A DNA stretch of 55,432 nt from Aquificota bacterium (GTDB lineage Bacteria > Thermosulfidibacterota > Thermosulfidibacteria > Thermosulfidibacterales > B14-G1), in assembly GCA_015486105.1 (NCBI GenBank), contig WFSI01000149.1, positions 1 to 55,432 of the forward strand, in the 5' to 3' direction. Numbering within the stretch: position 1 is the stretch's first letter; each line of letters starts with the position of its first letter. The notes under the pieces are model-generated. The model had not been told where the DNA came from. It worked only from the letters and a program-made list of their open reading frames with translations, and ran no database searches. This document shows positions 34,135 to 43,878 of this stretch, in pieces. The position numbers and the translations under genes are program-made.

Positions 34135-35023
34135 AAAAACCCCTCCTCAACCCCAACCCTTTGGCGTATCTGCACACCTCTTCAAACTCCTCCCGAGTGG
34201 GTCTCCTGGCAATCTCGGAAAACCGGGAAGCCCGATAAAGGGGCCTGTACTGGAACATGACATTCACATAGGTATCAATGGAAATCTCTTTGGCCAAAAA
34301 GTCCATAACAGCCTTGGCATCCTCCACCCAACTGGGCATGACCAGATGGCGCGCCAACAACCCCCTTACAGCCAGCCCCTCTTTCATGACCAAATCACCC
34401 ACCTGGCTGTGCATCTCCTTCACCGCCTCCCTCACTACCTGGGGATAATCGGAAGCCTGGAGGTACATAAAAGAAGCCGAGGGATCAAGAAACTTTATAT
34501 CAGGCATATAAATGTCTATCAACCCCCTCAATTTCTTAAGAATTACCAAAGACTCATATCCCCCACAGTTGTAAACTACGGGTAGCCTAAGCCCCTTTAG
34601 GGCAGCCCTATACAGGGCCATCAAAATCTGAGGTACATAATGGGTAGGGGTAACCAGATTGATATTGTGACACCCTTTGTTCTGAAGCCAGAGCATAAAG
34701 CCCGCCATACCTTCTATATCCACTCTATCTCCCTGGCCCAAGTGGCTGATCTGGTAGTTCTGGCAAAAGGCGCATCTGAGATTGCAATGGGTAAAAAATA
34801 TGGTCCCTGACCCACCCCATCCCACTAAAGGAGGTTCTTCACCGAAATGGGGCCCCACAGAGGAGACCACCAGTTGTCCCGGCGCTTTACAAAACCCCAC
34901 TTTACCCTCCAAGCGATTCACACGGCAGTTTCTGGGACAAAGGGCACAATCCTCTAAAAAGGCCTCCAACTCCTGGGCCTTCTCCCTTATGAGAGAGGTA
35001 TCACCTAAGTATAGGGGCTCCAT
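34124..35023 (-). CDS. Radical SAM protein, PflX-like (putative activase)
   Basis: 299 aa. Radical SAM cluster motif CNLRCAFCQN, plus an N-terminal CALCPRNC...C cluster. Confidence 0.75.
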   Translation of the reverse strand: MEPLYLGDTSLIREKAQELEAFLEDCALCPRNCRVNRLEGKVGFCKAPGQLVVSSVGPHFGEEPPLVGWGGSGTIFFTHCNLRCAFCQNYQISHLGQGDRVDIEGMAGFMLWLQNKGCHNINLVTPTHYVPQILMALYRAALKGLRLPVVYNCGGYESLVILKKLRGLIDIYMPDIKFLDPSASFMYLQASDYPQVVREAVKEMHSQVGDLVMKEGLAVRGLLARHLVMPSWVEDAKAVMDFLAKEISIDTYVNVMFQYRPLYRASRFSEIARRPTREEFEEVCRYAKGLGLRRGFYEG

Positions 35024-35795
35024 CCTGGCATGCAGAACCCAAAAGATCCAGATACGCCCTGGCCTTTTTTGCCCAAACGGTAATGGGATAGTCCCTCACT
35101 ACCTGCTTAAAAAGGTCACAGGCGGCTTCCTTGTCCCCAGCCATGTTCCTAAAAAAACCCTGATAGTAAATGAGGCCGGGACTCCTAAGGCCTAATGCCA
35201 CAGCGTCATCCAGAATGCCTTGAGCCTTTATCATCCTCTCCTTGGAAACATAATAAGATATGAGATTCTCATAAGCCTTGGTGAACCTGGGGTTATACCT
35301 TATGGCCCTGTAGTAATCTTCTACAGCCTCCCCTCCCTTTCCCATCATCTGATAGGCATAACCCCTGTTGTTATAAGCTGATTCAGGGGTAAGATAGAGG
35401 GAATTTTTTAAGGCCAGATTACATTCCCGAATAGCGTTCTTCCACTGTCCCTTCTGGATATAAAGAGTAGCCAAGTTGGTGTGAGCCTGGGAGTAATTGG
35501 GGTTCAAAGCCACAGCCTTTTTGAAAGAACCCAAGGCCTTATCCATTTCCCCTAAACCCAGATAAGCCACCCCCATGCTATCGTACAGTTCGGCTGAGGA
35601 GGGGTTAATCTTCTCCGCTCCCAGAAACTCAAGGAGGGCCTCTTTATACCTTCCTGACTGAATATACGAAAGCCCCAGCTTGTATTTCAATCTAAACTGA
35701 CTCTGCTGGGCCTCCTTTACCTCTTGTTTGGAAGATCCTACACAACCCCCAGCAAAAAGGGCTAACAGTAACACCAATACAGCTGCCCTTCTCAT
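35001..35795 (-). CDS. TPR-repeat lipoprotein, PilW/PilF-like
   Basis: 264 aa. Lipoprotein signal LLLALFAGGC, followed by about six TPR units. Confidence 0.55.
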   Translation of the reverse strand: MRRAAVLVLLLALFAGGCVGSSKQEVKEAQQSQFRLKYKLGLSYIQSGRYKEALLEFLGAEKINPSSAELYDSMGVAYLGLGEMDKALGSFKKAVALNPNYSQAHTNLATLYIQKGQWKNAIRECNLALKNSLYLTPESAYNNRGYAYQMMGKGGEAVEDYYRAIRYNPRFTKAYENLISYYVSKERMIKAQGILDDAVALGLRSPGLIYYQGFFRNMAGDKEAACDLFKQVVRDYPITVWAKKARAYLDLLGSACQDGAPILR

Positions 35796-36628
35796 TGCAC
35801 CCCCCTCAATCTGGGATCCACTGCGTCCCTGATGCCCTCACCCAGAAGGTTGTATCCCAGCACAGTGATGAGGATGGCAAGACCTGGGAAGAGAGAGAGC
35901 CACCAGGCTACCTCTATATAATCTTTGCCCACAGCCAGAATAGATCCCCAACTGGGAGTAGGGGGTTGAACCCCTATACCCAAAAAGCTCAAGGCCGACT
36001 CCGTAAGAATAGCCCCACCCACCCCCAAGGTAGCCGCTACCAAAACAGGGGCCAAGGCATTGGGAAGGATATGGCGCATCAGGATCCTTCCCTTGGATAA
36101 GCCCAAGGCCCGGGCTGCCAGTACAAACTCTCGCTCCCTGAGAGAAAGGACCTCTGCCCTAACAAGACGGGCTATACCCATCCAAGAAGTAATACCTATA
36201 ACCACCATAATGTTCCAAATACTGGGCTCTAACACGGCAATAACCGCCAAAATGAGAAAGAAGGTAGGGAAACAAAGCATCACATCCACTAAGCGCATAA
36301 GAATAGTATCCACCCAACCCCCATAAAAACCTGCCACTCCACCTACCAAGGTACCCACTCCACAGGCAATACCCACAGAGACTACTCCCACCTCTAAAGA
36401 TATCCTCGTGCCCCAGATCATGCGAGACAAAAGGTCTCTCCCCAGGTTATCTGTGCCCAAGGGATGAGCCCAAGAGGGAGGTAGAAGAACAGCCCGAGGA
36501 TCAATCTTGGTAGGATTGTAAGGAGAGATCCAAGGAGCCAAAAGGGCCACTATACAAAGAAAAACCAAGACCAAAGCCCCCATAAGTGCCAGTTTGTTTT
36601 CTTGTAAGCCCTCCAAAAACCATCTCAA
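35792..36628 (-). CDS. ABC transporter permease, DppC/OppC family (peptide/nickel type)
   Basis: Has the EAA-loop region REFVLAARALGLSKGRILMRHILPN and the N-terminal LAPWISPYNP motif. The tracked ATG at 36715 would overlap the NifU-like gene by 91 nt. I prefer TTG 36628, preceded by GAAGGAGGT and overlapping the NifU-like stop (TTGA). Confidence 0.75.
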   Translation of the reverse strand: MRWFLEGLQENKLALMGALVLVFLCIVALLAPWISPYNPTKIDPRAVLLPPSWAHPLGTDNLGRDLLSRMIWGTRISLEVGVVSVGIACGVGTLVGGVAGFYGGWVDTILMRLVDVMLCFPTFFLILAVIAVLEPSIWNIMVVIGITSWMGIARLVRAEVLSLREREFVLAARALGLSKGRILMRHILPNALAPVLVAATLGVGGAILTESALSFLGIGVQPPTPSWGSILAVGKDYIEVAWWLSLFPGLAILITVLGYNLLGEGIRDAVDPRLRGVQ

Positions 36629-36846
36629 AGGGCCACTACCTCCTTCACCTGGGGCACCCTTCTCTTTAAGACCTGTTCCACCCCCATCTTTAGTGTCATC
36701 TGAGAAAAGGGGCAAGAGCCACAGGCTCCCTGAAGCCGTACCTTCACCACCCCATCTCCCGTCACCTCTATCAGCTCCAGATCCCCTCCATCAGCCTGAA
36801 GCAAAGGCCTGATCTCATCCAAGACCTCCTCTACCCTGTCTTTCAC
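36625..36846 (-). CDS. NifU-like (Nfu C-terminal) Fe-S cluster scaffold domain protein
   Basis: 73 aa with LQADGGDLELIEV...GACGSCPFSQMTLK, the CxxC motif. Confidence 0.85.
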   Translation of the reverse strand: MKDRVEEVLDEIRPLLQADGGDLELIEVTGDGVVKVRLQGACGSCPFSQMTLKMGVEQVLKRRVPQVKEVVAL

Positions 36847-36862
36847 AATTTATCACCTCCCC

Positions 36863-37657
36863 TCACCCCATAAAGAGCTTTATCGCCATAAAAAGCAATA
36901 ACACACTGAAGGCCCTCCTCAAAGAGGCCCCTCCTGCCTTGTGTCCCACCCAGACCCCTAATTGAGAAGCCAAAAGGCCTCCAGCCACCAGAAGGCCCCA
37001 TAAAAGGAGATCCACATACCCTAAGGAGTAAGGAGGAAGACCAGCCTTACCCCACCCATGGAAGATATAAGCCAAGGCCCCAGCCCCAGCAATGGCAGGT
37101 ATAATAGCTGAAGAGGTAGCTACGGCCTCCAGGGTAGGGAAAGCATAGACCAATACCATAAAAGGAACGGCTACTATACCCCCTCCTACACCAAAAAAAG
37201 AACCCACCAGCCCCGTGGCAAGGCCTATAATAAAAAAGGGCAAACCCCTTCTCTCCCTTACTGAGGCCCCCTCTTTTCTACTGAAGGGGGAAAAAGCCAT
37301 GCGGTAAGAGGCAAAAAGAAGAAGAAAGGCAAATGACTTCTTCACCACCACCCCCCCCAACCAAGTGGCCAAGGTGGAACCCGCCATGGCACCAAGGACA
37401 CCCCCTGTGATAAGCCAAGGCACCCTCCTCCAATCAATAATCCCTCTCCTCCAATGGCCCAAAGCCCCAGAAAAGGTAAAACAAGCCGCCGATGCCAAGC
37501 TGGTACCCAAGGCAACAGGTACTGCAACATCTTGGGACAAACCCCAGCGGGGCAAAAGCCAGAAGAGGAGGGGAACCATAATAACACCTCCCCCTATGCC
37601 TAAAAGGCCAGACAGGAAACCGGAAAGCCCCCCTACAAGTACCACTAAAAAGAGCAT
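36863..37657 (-). CDS. TauE/SafE-family anion exporter (DUF81) membrane protein
   Basis: 264 aa with about 8 TM helices and a Gly-rich repeated motif GLLGIGGGVIMVP / GSFFGVGGGIVAVP. Confidence 0.75.
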   Translation of the reverse strand: MLFLVVLVGGLSGFLSGLLGIGGGVIMVPLLFWLLPRWGLSQDVAVPVALGTSLASAACFTFSGALGHWRRGIIDWRRVPWLITGGVLGAMAGSTLATWLGGVVVKKSFAFLLLFASYRMAFSPFSRKEGASVRERRGLPFFIIGLATGLVGSFFGVGGGIVAVPFMVLVYAFPTLEAVATSSAIIPAIAGAGALAYIFHGWGKAGLPPYSLGYVDLLLWGLLVAGGLLASQLGVWVGHKAGGASLRRAFSVLLLFMAIKLFMG

Positions 37658-37671
37658 CCTAAGATATAAGG

Positions 37672-38874
37672 CTATTTGATGGTAGCGGCCATCTTGAATA
37701 TGGGCAGATAAAGGGCAATGACTATGAGGCCTATGAAACCACCCAGAAAGATGAGCATGAAAGGCTCTAATACAGAAGTAAGAGCAGCCACGGCAGCATC
37801 CACTTCCTCGTCGAAAAAGTCTGCCACCTTATCCATCATCTCATCCAAGGCCCCCGTCTGTTCCCCAGCCGTCATCATCTGGATAACCATATTGGGAAAG
37901 ACCTTGGCCTTGTTTAAAGACTTGGAGAGACTCTCCCCCCTGGCCACTTCTATCCTGGACCTCAAGATAGCCTCTTCGATCACCTTATTCCCCGACGTCT
38001 TGGCAATAATATCCATAGCCTCCAAAATGGGAATGCCGCTCTTAACCATAGTAGCCAAGGTCCGAGAAAAGCGAGCCACGGCCACCTTCCTGAGAAGAGG
38101 CCCTATGATGAACATCCTAAGCTTCAATCTATCGTAAACACGACGCACCGCATTGTTCCTAAGGGCAATACGAAAGAGGATAAAAAATGCCACCAACCCC
38201 ACCACAACATATAAGAAATTATTCTTACTAAAGTTACTCAGCTCTATAATGAACACGGTGAGGGCGGGCAACTCCACCCCCGAATCCTTAAAAAGGGTTG
38301 TAAAGGTGGGCACAATCTTGATCAACAGGAAGGCCAAGATGGATATGGCCAGCACCAGGACCACGGTGGGATAAACCATGGCCGTTATCACCTTCCTCCT
38401 CAAGGCCAGAACCTTCTCCGCATACATGGAGTAACGGTTAAGCATGACATCCAGGTTTCCCGTAGCCTCACCTGCCTCCACCATGCTCACCAAAAGACGG
38501 TCAAAGACATCAGGGTATCTGGCCAATGTCTCAGAAAACTTGCTCCCCTCCTCCACCTCGCTCCTTACATTGGCAATCACCTGGCGCAGCCTCTTGCTCT
38601 TCACCTGCTCCGCCACAATGCCCAAGGCACTGGGTAGGGCAATCCCGGCTCCCACCATGGAACCCACCTGACGGGTGAAAATGGCCACCTGTTTCAACCC
38701 CACTCTGTTCACAAAGGGAAGATTAACGGTAAAACCCCGACTTCTGGGGGCGATGCTCAAGGGATAGAGCCCCTCCTCCCTCAACCCCTGGGCTACAGCT
38801 CGGGGATTGGCAGCATCCATGATGCCCGTTATCTTTCTTCCCCCCACATCCCTGGCCACATACTTATACTCCAT
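37672..38874 (-). CDS. pilC: Type IV pilus / type II secretion platform protein (PilC/GspF family)
   Basis: Two GspF repeats (RQVGSMVGAGIALPSAL and SRTLATMVKSGIPILEAM). Start placed at MEYKYV (ATG 38874), 8 nt after AGGAGG. Confidence 0.8.
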   Translation of the reverse strand: MEYKYVARDVGGRKITGIMDAANPRAVAQGLREEGLYPLSIAPRSRGFTVNLPFVNRVGLKQVAIFTRQVGSMVGAGIALPSALGIVAEQVKSKRLRQVIANVRSEVEEGSKFSETLARYPDVFDRLLVSMVEAGEATGNLDVMLNRYSMYAEKVLALRRKVITAMVYPTVVLVLAISILAFLLIKIVPTFTTLFKDSGVELPALTVFIIELSNFSKNNFLYVVVGLVAFFILFRIALRNNAVRRVYDRLKLRMFIIGPLLRKVAVARFSRTLATMVKSGIPILEAMDIIAKTSGNKVIEEAILRSRIEVARGESLSKSLNKAKVFPNMVIQMMTAGEQTGALDEMMDKVADFFDEEVDAAVAALTSVLEPFMLIFLGGFIGLIVIALYLPIFKMAATIK

Positions 38875-40135
38875 GCCCCCCACCTCCTAACTCCACCACC
38901 AGGGTGGCCCCTTCCCCACATACTGGACACTCCTCTCTCCACTCCCTGGTGGTACAACCACACTTGCTACAAACGTATAGCAGCCCTATATCCCTTCCTA
39001 AAGCGTTGTTAAGTTGTTCTAAGGCTCCTTCCTTTTCTCCCAGTTTCTCCAGAATGAGTCCTTTAAGGAACCTTACAGGAGGCTCTTCCACATCCACACC
39101 AGAAATAACCTTCCTTGCATCTTGGTACATGCCCAAAGAGAAATGGAGACGGGCAAGGAGAAAAGGAATAAGGGGCTCCCGGGCATAGCGAGATTGAAGC
39201 CTCCGGTAGAAGCCGATGAGATCCCCAGGCTTCTCCTGGCCCAAAAGAAGTTCCTCCAACCTATCGAAGAGGACCAGGGCCGTAGGATTTTCCTCACATC
39301 CTTTCTTTAAAAGCTCTACAAGTTTGGACTGTTTTTCCTCCGCCTCCGAAAGGGCCACATAGGCAGGGACAAAAGAGGGATCCCTCTTCACAATCTTATA
39401 AAGAGCGTCTTTATCTCCCTGGGCCTTAAAAGCCTTATAAAGTCTCCAAGAGAGGGCATGAGCTTTTTCATCCTTCTCTCCCTTAGGCACCATCTTCAGG
39501 ATCTTTCCCTGCAGGGACATAGCCTTGTCAACTTGGCCCAACTGAAGGGCGATATTCATCATCCCTTCCAAAACCCTGAGGGAAGGTTTTCCTTTGGAAA
39601 CCAGAGACTCCAAAGTCTCCCAGGCCTCTTCCCAATCCCCCGTAGCTACATAATCCCTATAAAGCTGGGAAAGAAGCCACTGATCGCCCTTCTCAGCCAC
39701 TCTCCTGGCCTTCCTATGCCAACTAAGTGCCTCCTCACTTTTCCCTTCTTCCCGGGCCACCATACCCATAAGCACCAACCCATCCAAAGAGCGAGCGTCC
39801 AAAGAGAGAAGCCTATCCAATGCCTTCCGAGCCTTACTCCAGTCCCTAAAATCCCACCAAGCCATGGCAGTATGGAAGAGGCTGTCTTTCTTCTCCTCTC
39901 TCTTCCACCGTTTCTTCTCCTTGGTTCTTCGGATCAATCCCCTAAATCCCCCCCCAATCATAAAGACCAAGCCCGCTGCGAAACCGGCCATGACCAAAAC
40001 CACCACGATGGCCGCCATGGGTAAGCTGTAAGAATGGGTTTTGGTCAGTTTGAAGGTCACGTTCTGTGGGTTAAGTATAGCTACATAAAGAAATACCGCC
40101 GTAGGAATAAGAGCAGCTAAAAGGGCTCTAAACAT
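38864..40135 (-). CDS. lapB: LapB/YciM-like LPS assembly regulator with a LapA-like two-TM N-terminus
   Basis: 423 aa. Two N-terminal TM helices, then TPR repeats, then a C-terminal rubredoxin-type motif CSKCG...CPVCG. Confidence 0.6.
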   Translation of the reverse strand: MFRALLAALIPTAVFLYVAILNPQNVTFKLTKTHSYSLPMAAIVVVLVMAGFAAGLVFMIGGGFRGLIRRTKEKKRWKREEKKDSLFHTAMAWWDFRDWSKARKALDRLLSLDARSLDGLVLMGMVAREEGKSEEALSWHRKARRVAEKGDQWLLSQLYRDYVATGDWEEAWETLESLVSKGKPSLRVLEGMMNIALQLGQVDKAMSLQGKILKMVPKGEKDEKAHALSWRLYKAFKAQGDKDALYKIVKRDPSFVPAYVALSEAEEKQSKLVELLKKGCEENPTALVLFDRLEELLLGQEKPGDLIGFYRRLQSRYAREPLIPFLLARLHFSLGMYQDARKVISGVDVEEPPVRFLKGLILEKLGEKEGALEQLNNALGRDIGLLYVCSKCGCTTREWREECPVCGEGATLVVELGGGGHGV

Positions 40136-40501
40136 TTATGCCTCCTGTTTTACAGGAACAAAGGTGGGAGCATCTCCCCAGAGTCTATCCAAATCATACA
40201 TCTCTCGGGCCTCCTGCAAGAATATATGCACTACTACATCTCCAAAATCCAAAAGTATCCAACGCCCCTCCCTGTAACCTTCCACATGCCACAGAGATAT
40301 ACCCCTATCCTTCGCTTCTTTCTCTAAATCATCGGCCATAGCCTGAGCATGGACGAAAGCATGAGCTGATACCAAAACAAAGGCATCCACCACCGTAGAA
40401 AAGCCACGCAAATCTAAAGCTACTATCCTCTCTCCCTTCTTCTCCTCCAATACCTCCCTAATAATCTTAACCTTGTCCTCTAATACCATCCCCCCACTCA
40501 T
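40136..40501 (-). CDS. rsfS: Ribosome silencing factor RsfS (Iojap)
   Basis: 121 aa with [21 protein letters not shown]...[14 protein letters not shown]. Confidence 0.9.
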   Translation of the reverse strand: MSGGMVLEDKVKIIREVLEEKKGERIVALDLRGFSTVVDAFVLVSAHAFVHAQAMADDLEKEAKDRGISLWHVEGYREGRWILLDFGDVVVHIFLQEAREMYDLDRLWGDAPTFVPVKQEA

Positions 40502-41178
40502 CTATAGAGCCCCATTCCATAAATGAATTCCTCTACTTTGGATGGGACTCTGTATTTGATGCTCCTACCCTCCCTTACCCTCCGCCTTATCCCAGTGGAT
40601 GAGATACCTATATTCACCACAGGGGTCAAATATAAGCTGGATTCAAAACCCTCTCCTTGAGCAATAAAAATGTGGAGGTCCCCCACTTTTCCCTGGTAAT
40701 AAAACTCCACCTGGGGGAAACGTATATGGAACTCCCTCAAATAATCCTCCAATTCCTCAAAGGTCACCTTTCCACCCACCCTCTCCATGATGACAAAATG
40801 GGCATAGTGAAAAAGCTCAGGGGGAGCCCTCCAGGTGTGAAGCTGAAGAAAGGCCTCACTACCCACAAGGAAATAAATAGCGGCCCGTACTGATCCCTTT
40901 AACTCCTTCAGGGTATCCACCGTATAGGATTTTGTCCCTCTACGTATCTCTATGTCGGAAAGACCAAAGCTGTGATTATTTTCTATAGCTATCCTCACCA
41001 TGGTCAGGCGGTCTCTGGCTGGGGCTACGTCCACCGACTTATGGGGAGGTATATAGTCAGGGATAAAAAGCATCCGGTCCAAAGAAAACCTCTCCCTCAC
41101 CTCCTCGGCCACCACCAAATGACCCAGATGGATGGGGTTAAAGGTACCTCCTAAAATGCCCAACCGCTCTACTTCCAT
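40498..41178 (-). CDS. nadD: Nicotinate-nucleotide adenylyltransferase
   Basis: 226 aa with [15 protein letters not shown] and ISSTGIRRR motifs. Confidence 0.9.
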   Translation of the reverse strand: MEVERLGILGGTFNPIHLGHLVVAEEVRERFSLDRMLFIPDYIPPHKSVDVAPARDRLTMVRIAIENNHSFGLSDIEIRRGTKSYTVDTLKELKGSVRAAIYFLVGSEAFLQLHTWRAPPELFHYAHFVIMERVGGKVTFEELEDYLREFHIRFPQVEFYYQGKVGDLHIFIAQGEGFESSLYLTPVVNIGISSTGIRRRVREGRSIKYRVPSKVEEFIYGMGLYR

Positions 41179-41479
41179 AGCTTTTGGAGTACACTACCCC
41201 ATAAGATTAGTCAAAGGGAATGTGGCCAATGGAAACTGGACTTTCTCATAAAGGAGGCCACAGGGTTTAGCCTAACGCCTATACTGGCCAGGATTTGACC
41301 CTGGGTATTTGGTGTTTCAAAACTCCACACATACCAGGGGACAAATGATGTCTGTGTCCAAAAAAAAACATAATTGGGAAAGTGTAAAACCACCCTTTAC
41401 ATCCCATCTTCCAGAACCCCTTCTCGCAATGGCAGGGAGAGTGATGAAAAATTTTGCGCCTTACTTTAACTTCCCATCC

Positions 41480-42736
41480 CTATTCCCGGATCTGGCCCTG
41501 ACCCAGTATAACAAACTTGCAGCAGGTAAGATCCTCTAATCCCATGGGTCCCCTCACGTGAAGCTTCTGGGTAGAAATGCCCATCTCCGCTCCCAGTCCA
41601 AACTCATACCCGTCGGTGAACCGGGTGGAAGCATTCACATAAACAGCGGCAGAATCCACCTCCTGGAGAAACCTCATGGCCATGGAGTAGTCCTTTGTAA
41701 CTATGGCATCGGAGTGTCCCGATCCGTAGGTATGAATATGATCCACGGCCTCCTCGAAGGAATCCACCACCCGAACTGCCAGGATCAGATCCAAAAACTC
41801 GGCATACCAATCCTCTTCAACAGCCTCCTTCATATCAGGGACCAACTTCCTGGACTCTGGGCATCCCCTGAGTTCCACCCCCGCCTCCTGAAAACGTCGG
41901 GCCATCTCTGGCAGAAAGGCCCGGGCAATATCCCGGTGAACCAAAAGGGTCTCCATGGCGTTACAAACTCCAGGCCTCTGGACCTTGGCGTTGAAACAGA
42001 TCTCCCACGCCATATCCAGGTCCGCATTCCTGTCCACATAAGTATGACAAACGCCTTTATAGTGATAGACAACAGGAATCCGGGAGTTCTCCGCCACGAA
42101 CCGAATGAGTCCCTCTCCACCCCGGGGTACCACCAGATCCACGTATCCCTCGGCCTTGAGCAGGTGATGAACGGCTTTCCTGTCAGTGGTTTCTATAAGC
42201 TGAATGGCCTCCTTGGGTACCCCTGCCTCCTGAGCCGCCTCCCTTAGAATATTCGCAATAATGGTGTTGGAATGAATGGCCTCAGAGCCGCCCCTCAAAA
42301 CAATAGCGTTACCTGATTTGATGCAGAGACCCGCCGTATCAGCCGTCACATTGGGCCGGGATTCATATATGATGACCACCACCCCCAAGGGCACCCGGAG
42401 CTTCCCTATCTCTAAGCCATTGGGTCTCCTCCACATCTTCACCACCTCACCCACAGGATCAGGCAAGGCCGCCACTTCCCTCAATCCCTCCGCCATGGCT
42501 TCTATCCTCTTGTCGTCCAAGAGAAGACGATCCAGCATGGCTGGGGAAAGTCCTCTATCCTTTCCCCCCTCCAGGTCTTTGGCGTTCTCTACCTTTATCT
42601 CCTCCCTCATCTCCATCAGAAGCCTGGCCATGGCCAGAAGAGCCTGGTTCTTAACCCCTGTGGAAAGGCGAGCCAAAACTCTACTGGCCTCCTTGGCCCT
42701 CTTCACCTTTTCCAAGACCTCCCTCTCTACATCCAC
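41480..42736 (-). CDS. proA: Glutamate-5-semialdehyde dehydrogenase (gamma-glutamyl phosphate reductase)
   Basis: 418 aa with IYESRPNVT, the catalytic [12 protein letters not shown] and [14 protein letters not shown]. Confidence 0.95.
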   Translation of the reverse strand: MDVEREVLEKVKRAKEASRVLARLSTGVKNQALLAMARLLMEMREEIKVENAKDLEGGKDRGLSPAMLDRLLLDDKRIEAMAEGLREVAALPDPVGEVVKMWRRPNGLEIGKLRVPLGVVVIIYESRPNVTADTAGLCIKSGNAIVLRGGSEAIHSNTIIANILREAAQEAGVPKEAIQLIETTDRKAVHHLLKAEGYVDLVVPRGGEGLIRFVAENSRIPVVYHYKGVCHTYVDRNADLDMAWEICFNAKVQRPGVCNAMETLLVHRDIARAFLPEMARRFQEAGVELRGCPESRKLVPDMKEAVEEDWYAEFLDLILAVRVVDSFEEAVDHIHTYGSGHSDAIVTKDYSMAMRFLQEVDSAAVYVNASTRFTDGYEFGLGAEMGISTQKLHVRGPMGLEDLTCCKFVILGQGQIRE

Positions 42737-42747
42737 CTTTCACCTCC

Positions 42748-43878
42748 TCAAAGATTCTCGTAAAGGACCACCAGGTTATCCCGGTGGATCACCTCAGGAG
42801 AGTGATGATAACCTAAAACCTCCTCAATTTTGGAAGAATGCAAGCCCTTTATACGCTCTATCTCATGGGAAGAATAGTTAACCAAACCCCGGGCCACCTC
42901 CCTACCCTCCCGGCTAACACAACTTACAGGGTCCCCCATGCCAAAGGTCCCACTTACCTCCAAAACCCCTCGAGGAAGCAGGCTTCTGCCATCCTTAACC
43001 AGAGCCCCCACAGCCCCATCATCTATCACCAAAGAGCCAACAGGCTGAAGGGTGTAGCCGATCCATCTCTTCCTTCCCACCAAACGCTCTCTACGGGGAA
43101 GGAAAAAAGTGCCCACTTCTTCTCCACCCAGGATCCTCCACAACACCTTAGGTTCATCACCCCGGGCAATGACAGCGGGGATACCGGAGGCCACCACCTT
43201 CTTTACAGCCTCCACCTTGGAAACCATGCCCCCTGTTCCCATGGGAGAGACCCCTGCCATCTGACAACGCTCCAGCTCTCCATTAATAGAGTGCACCTCC
43301 AAAAGGAGATGGGCCCCGTCCTCAGCCGGATAGCAGGTGTAAAGCCCATCTACCGTGGACAGGATCACCAAAAGATCGGCCTCTCCCAACATGGCCACCA
43401 AGGCAGACAGGTTGTCGTTATCCCCAAACTTGATCTCTTCCACCATAACGGTGTCGTTTTCATTGATGATGGGTATCACCCCCATTTTTAAGATGCTGAA
43501 AAGGGCATTTCTGGCATTGAGATAACGCCTCCTGTGCTCTAAGTCATCCCGGGTGAGAAGAACCTGGGCTACCCTCTGACCCCACTTTTCAAAATAGCGC
43601 TCATAGGCCCATATGAGATGGGCCTGTCCCACCGCTGCACAGGCCTGCTTAACAGGTATACTAATTGGCTTTTCCCTGAAACCCAAAACCCCCATACCAG
43701 CGGCCACAGCCCCTGAAGAAACCAGAATCACCTCCTTTCCCTGACTCTGCAAATCAGCCAGGTCCATGGCCAGCTGGGAGACCACCTCTTCCCTCAATCC
43801 CCCATTGGGATAGGCTACAACCCCGCTTCCCACCTTTACCACCATACGACGGCACCGGGCCAGGCAGTCCCGCCTCAT
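42748..43878 (-). CDS. proB: Glutamate 5-kinase with C-terminal PUA domain
   Basis: 376 aa with VVKVGSGVV, INENDTV and GTGGMVSKV, followed by a PUA-like tail. Confidence 0.95.
   Translation of the reverse strand: MRRDCLARCRRMVVKVGSGVVAYPNGGLREEVVSQLAMDLADLQSQGKEVILVSSGAVAAGMGVLGFREKPISIPVKQACAAVGQAHLIWAYERYFEKWGQRVAQVLLTRDDLEHRRRYLNARNALFSILKMGVIPIINENDTVMVEEIKFGDNDNLSALVAMLGEADLLVILSTVDGLYTCYPAEDGAHLLLEVHSINGELERCQMAGVSPMGTGGMVSKVEAVKKVVASGIPAVIARGDEPKVLWRILGGEEVGTFFLPRRERLVGRKRWIGYTLQPVGSLVIDDGAVGALVKDGRSLLPRGVLEVSGTFGMGDPVSCVSREGREVARGLVNYSSHEIERIKGLHSSKIEEVLGYHHSPEVIHRDNLVVLYENL

Noticed and set aside
41179-41479. The 300-bp gap between proA and nadD, with an A9/T9 run, could hold a terminator or small RNA.
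   Set aside because: I could not fold a convincing GC-rich stem adjacent to the T-run by hand, nor recognise any RNA family. Left unannotated.
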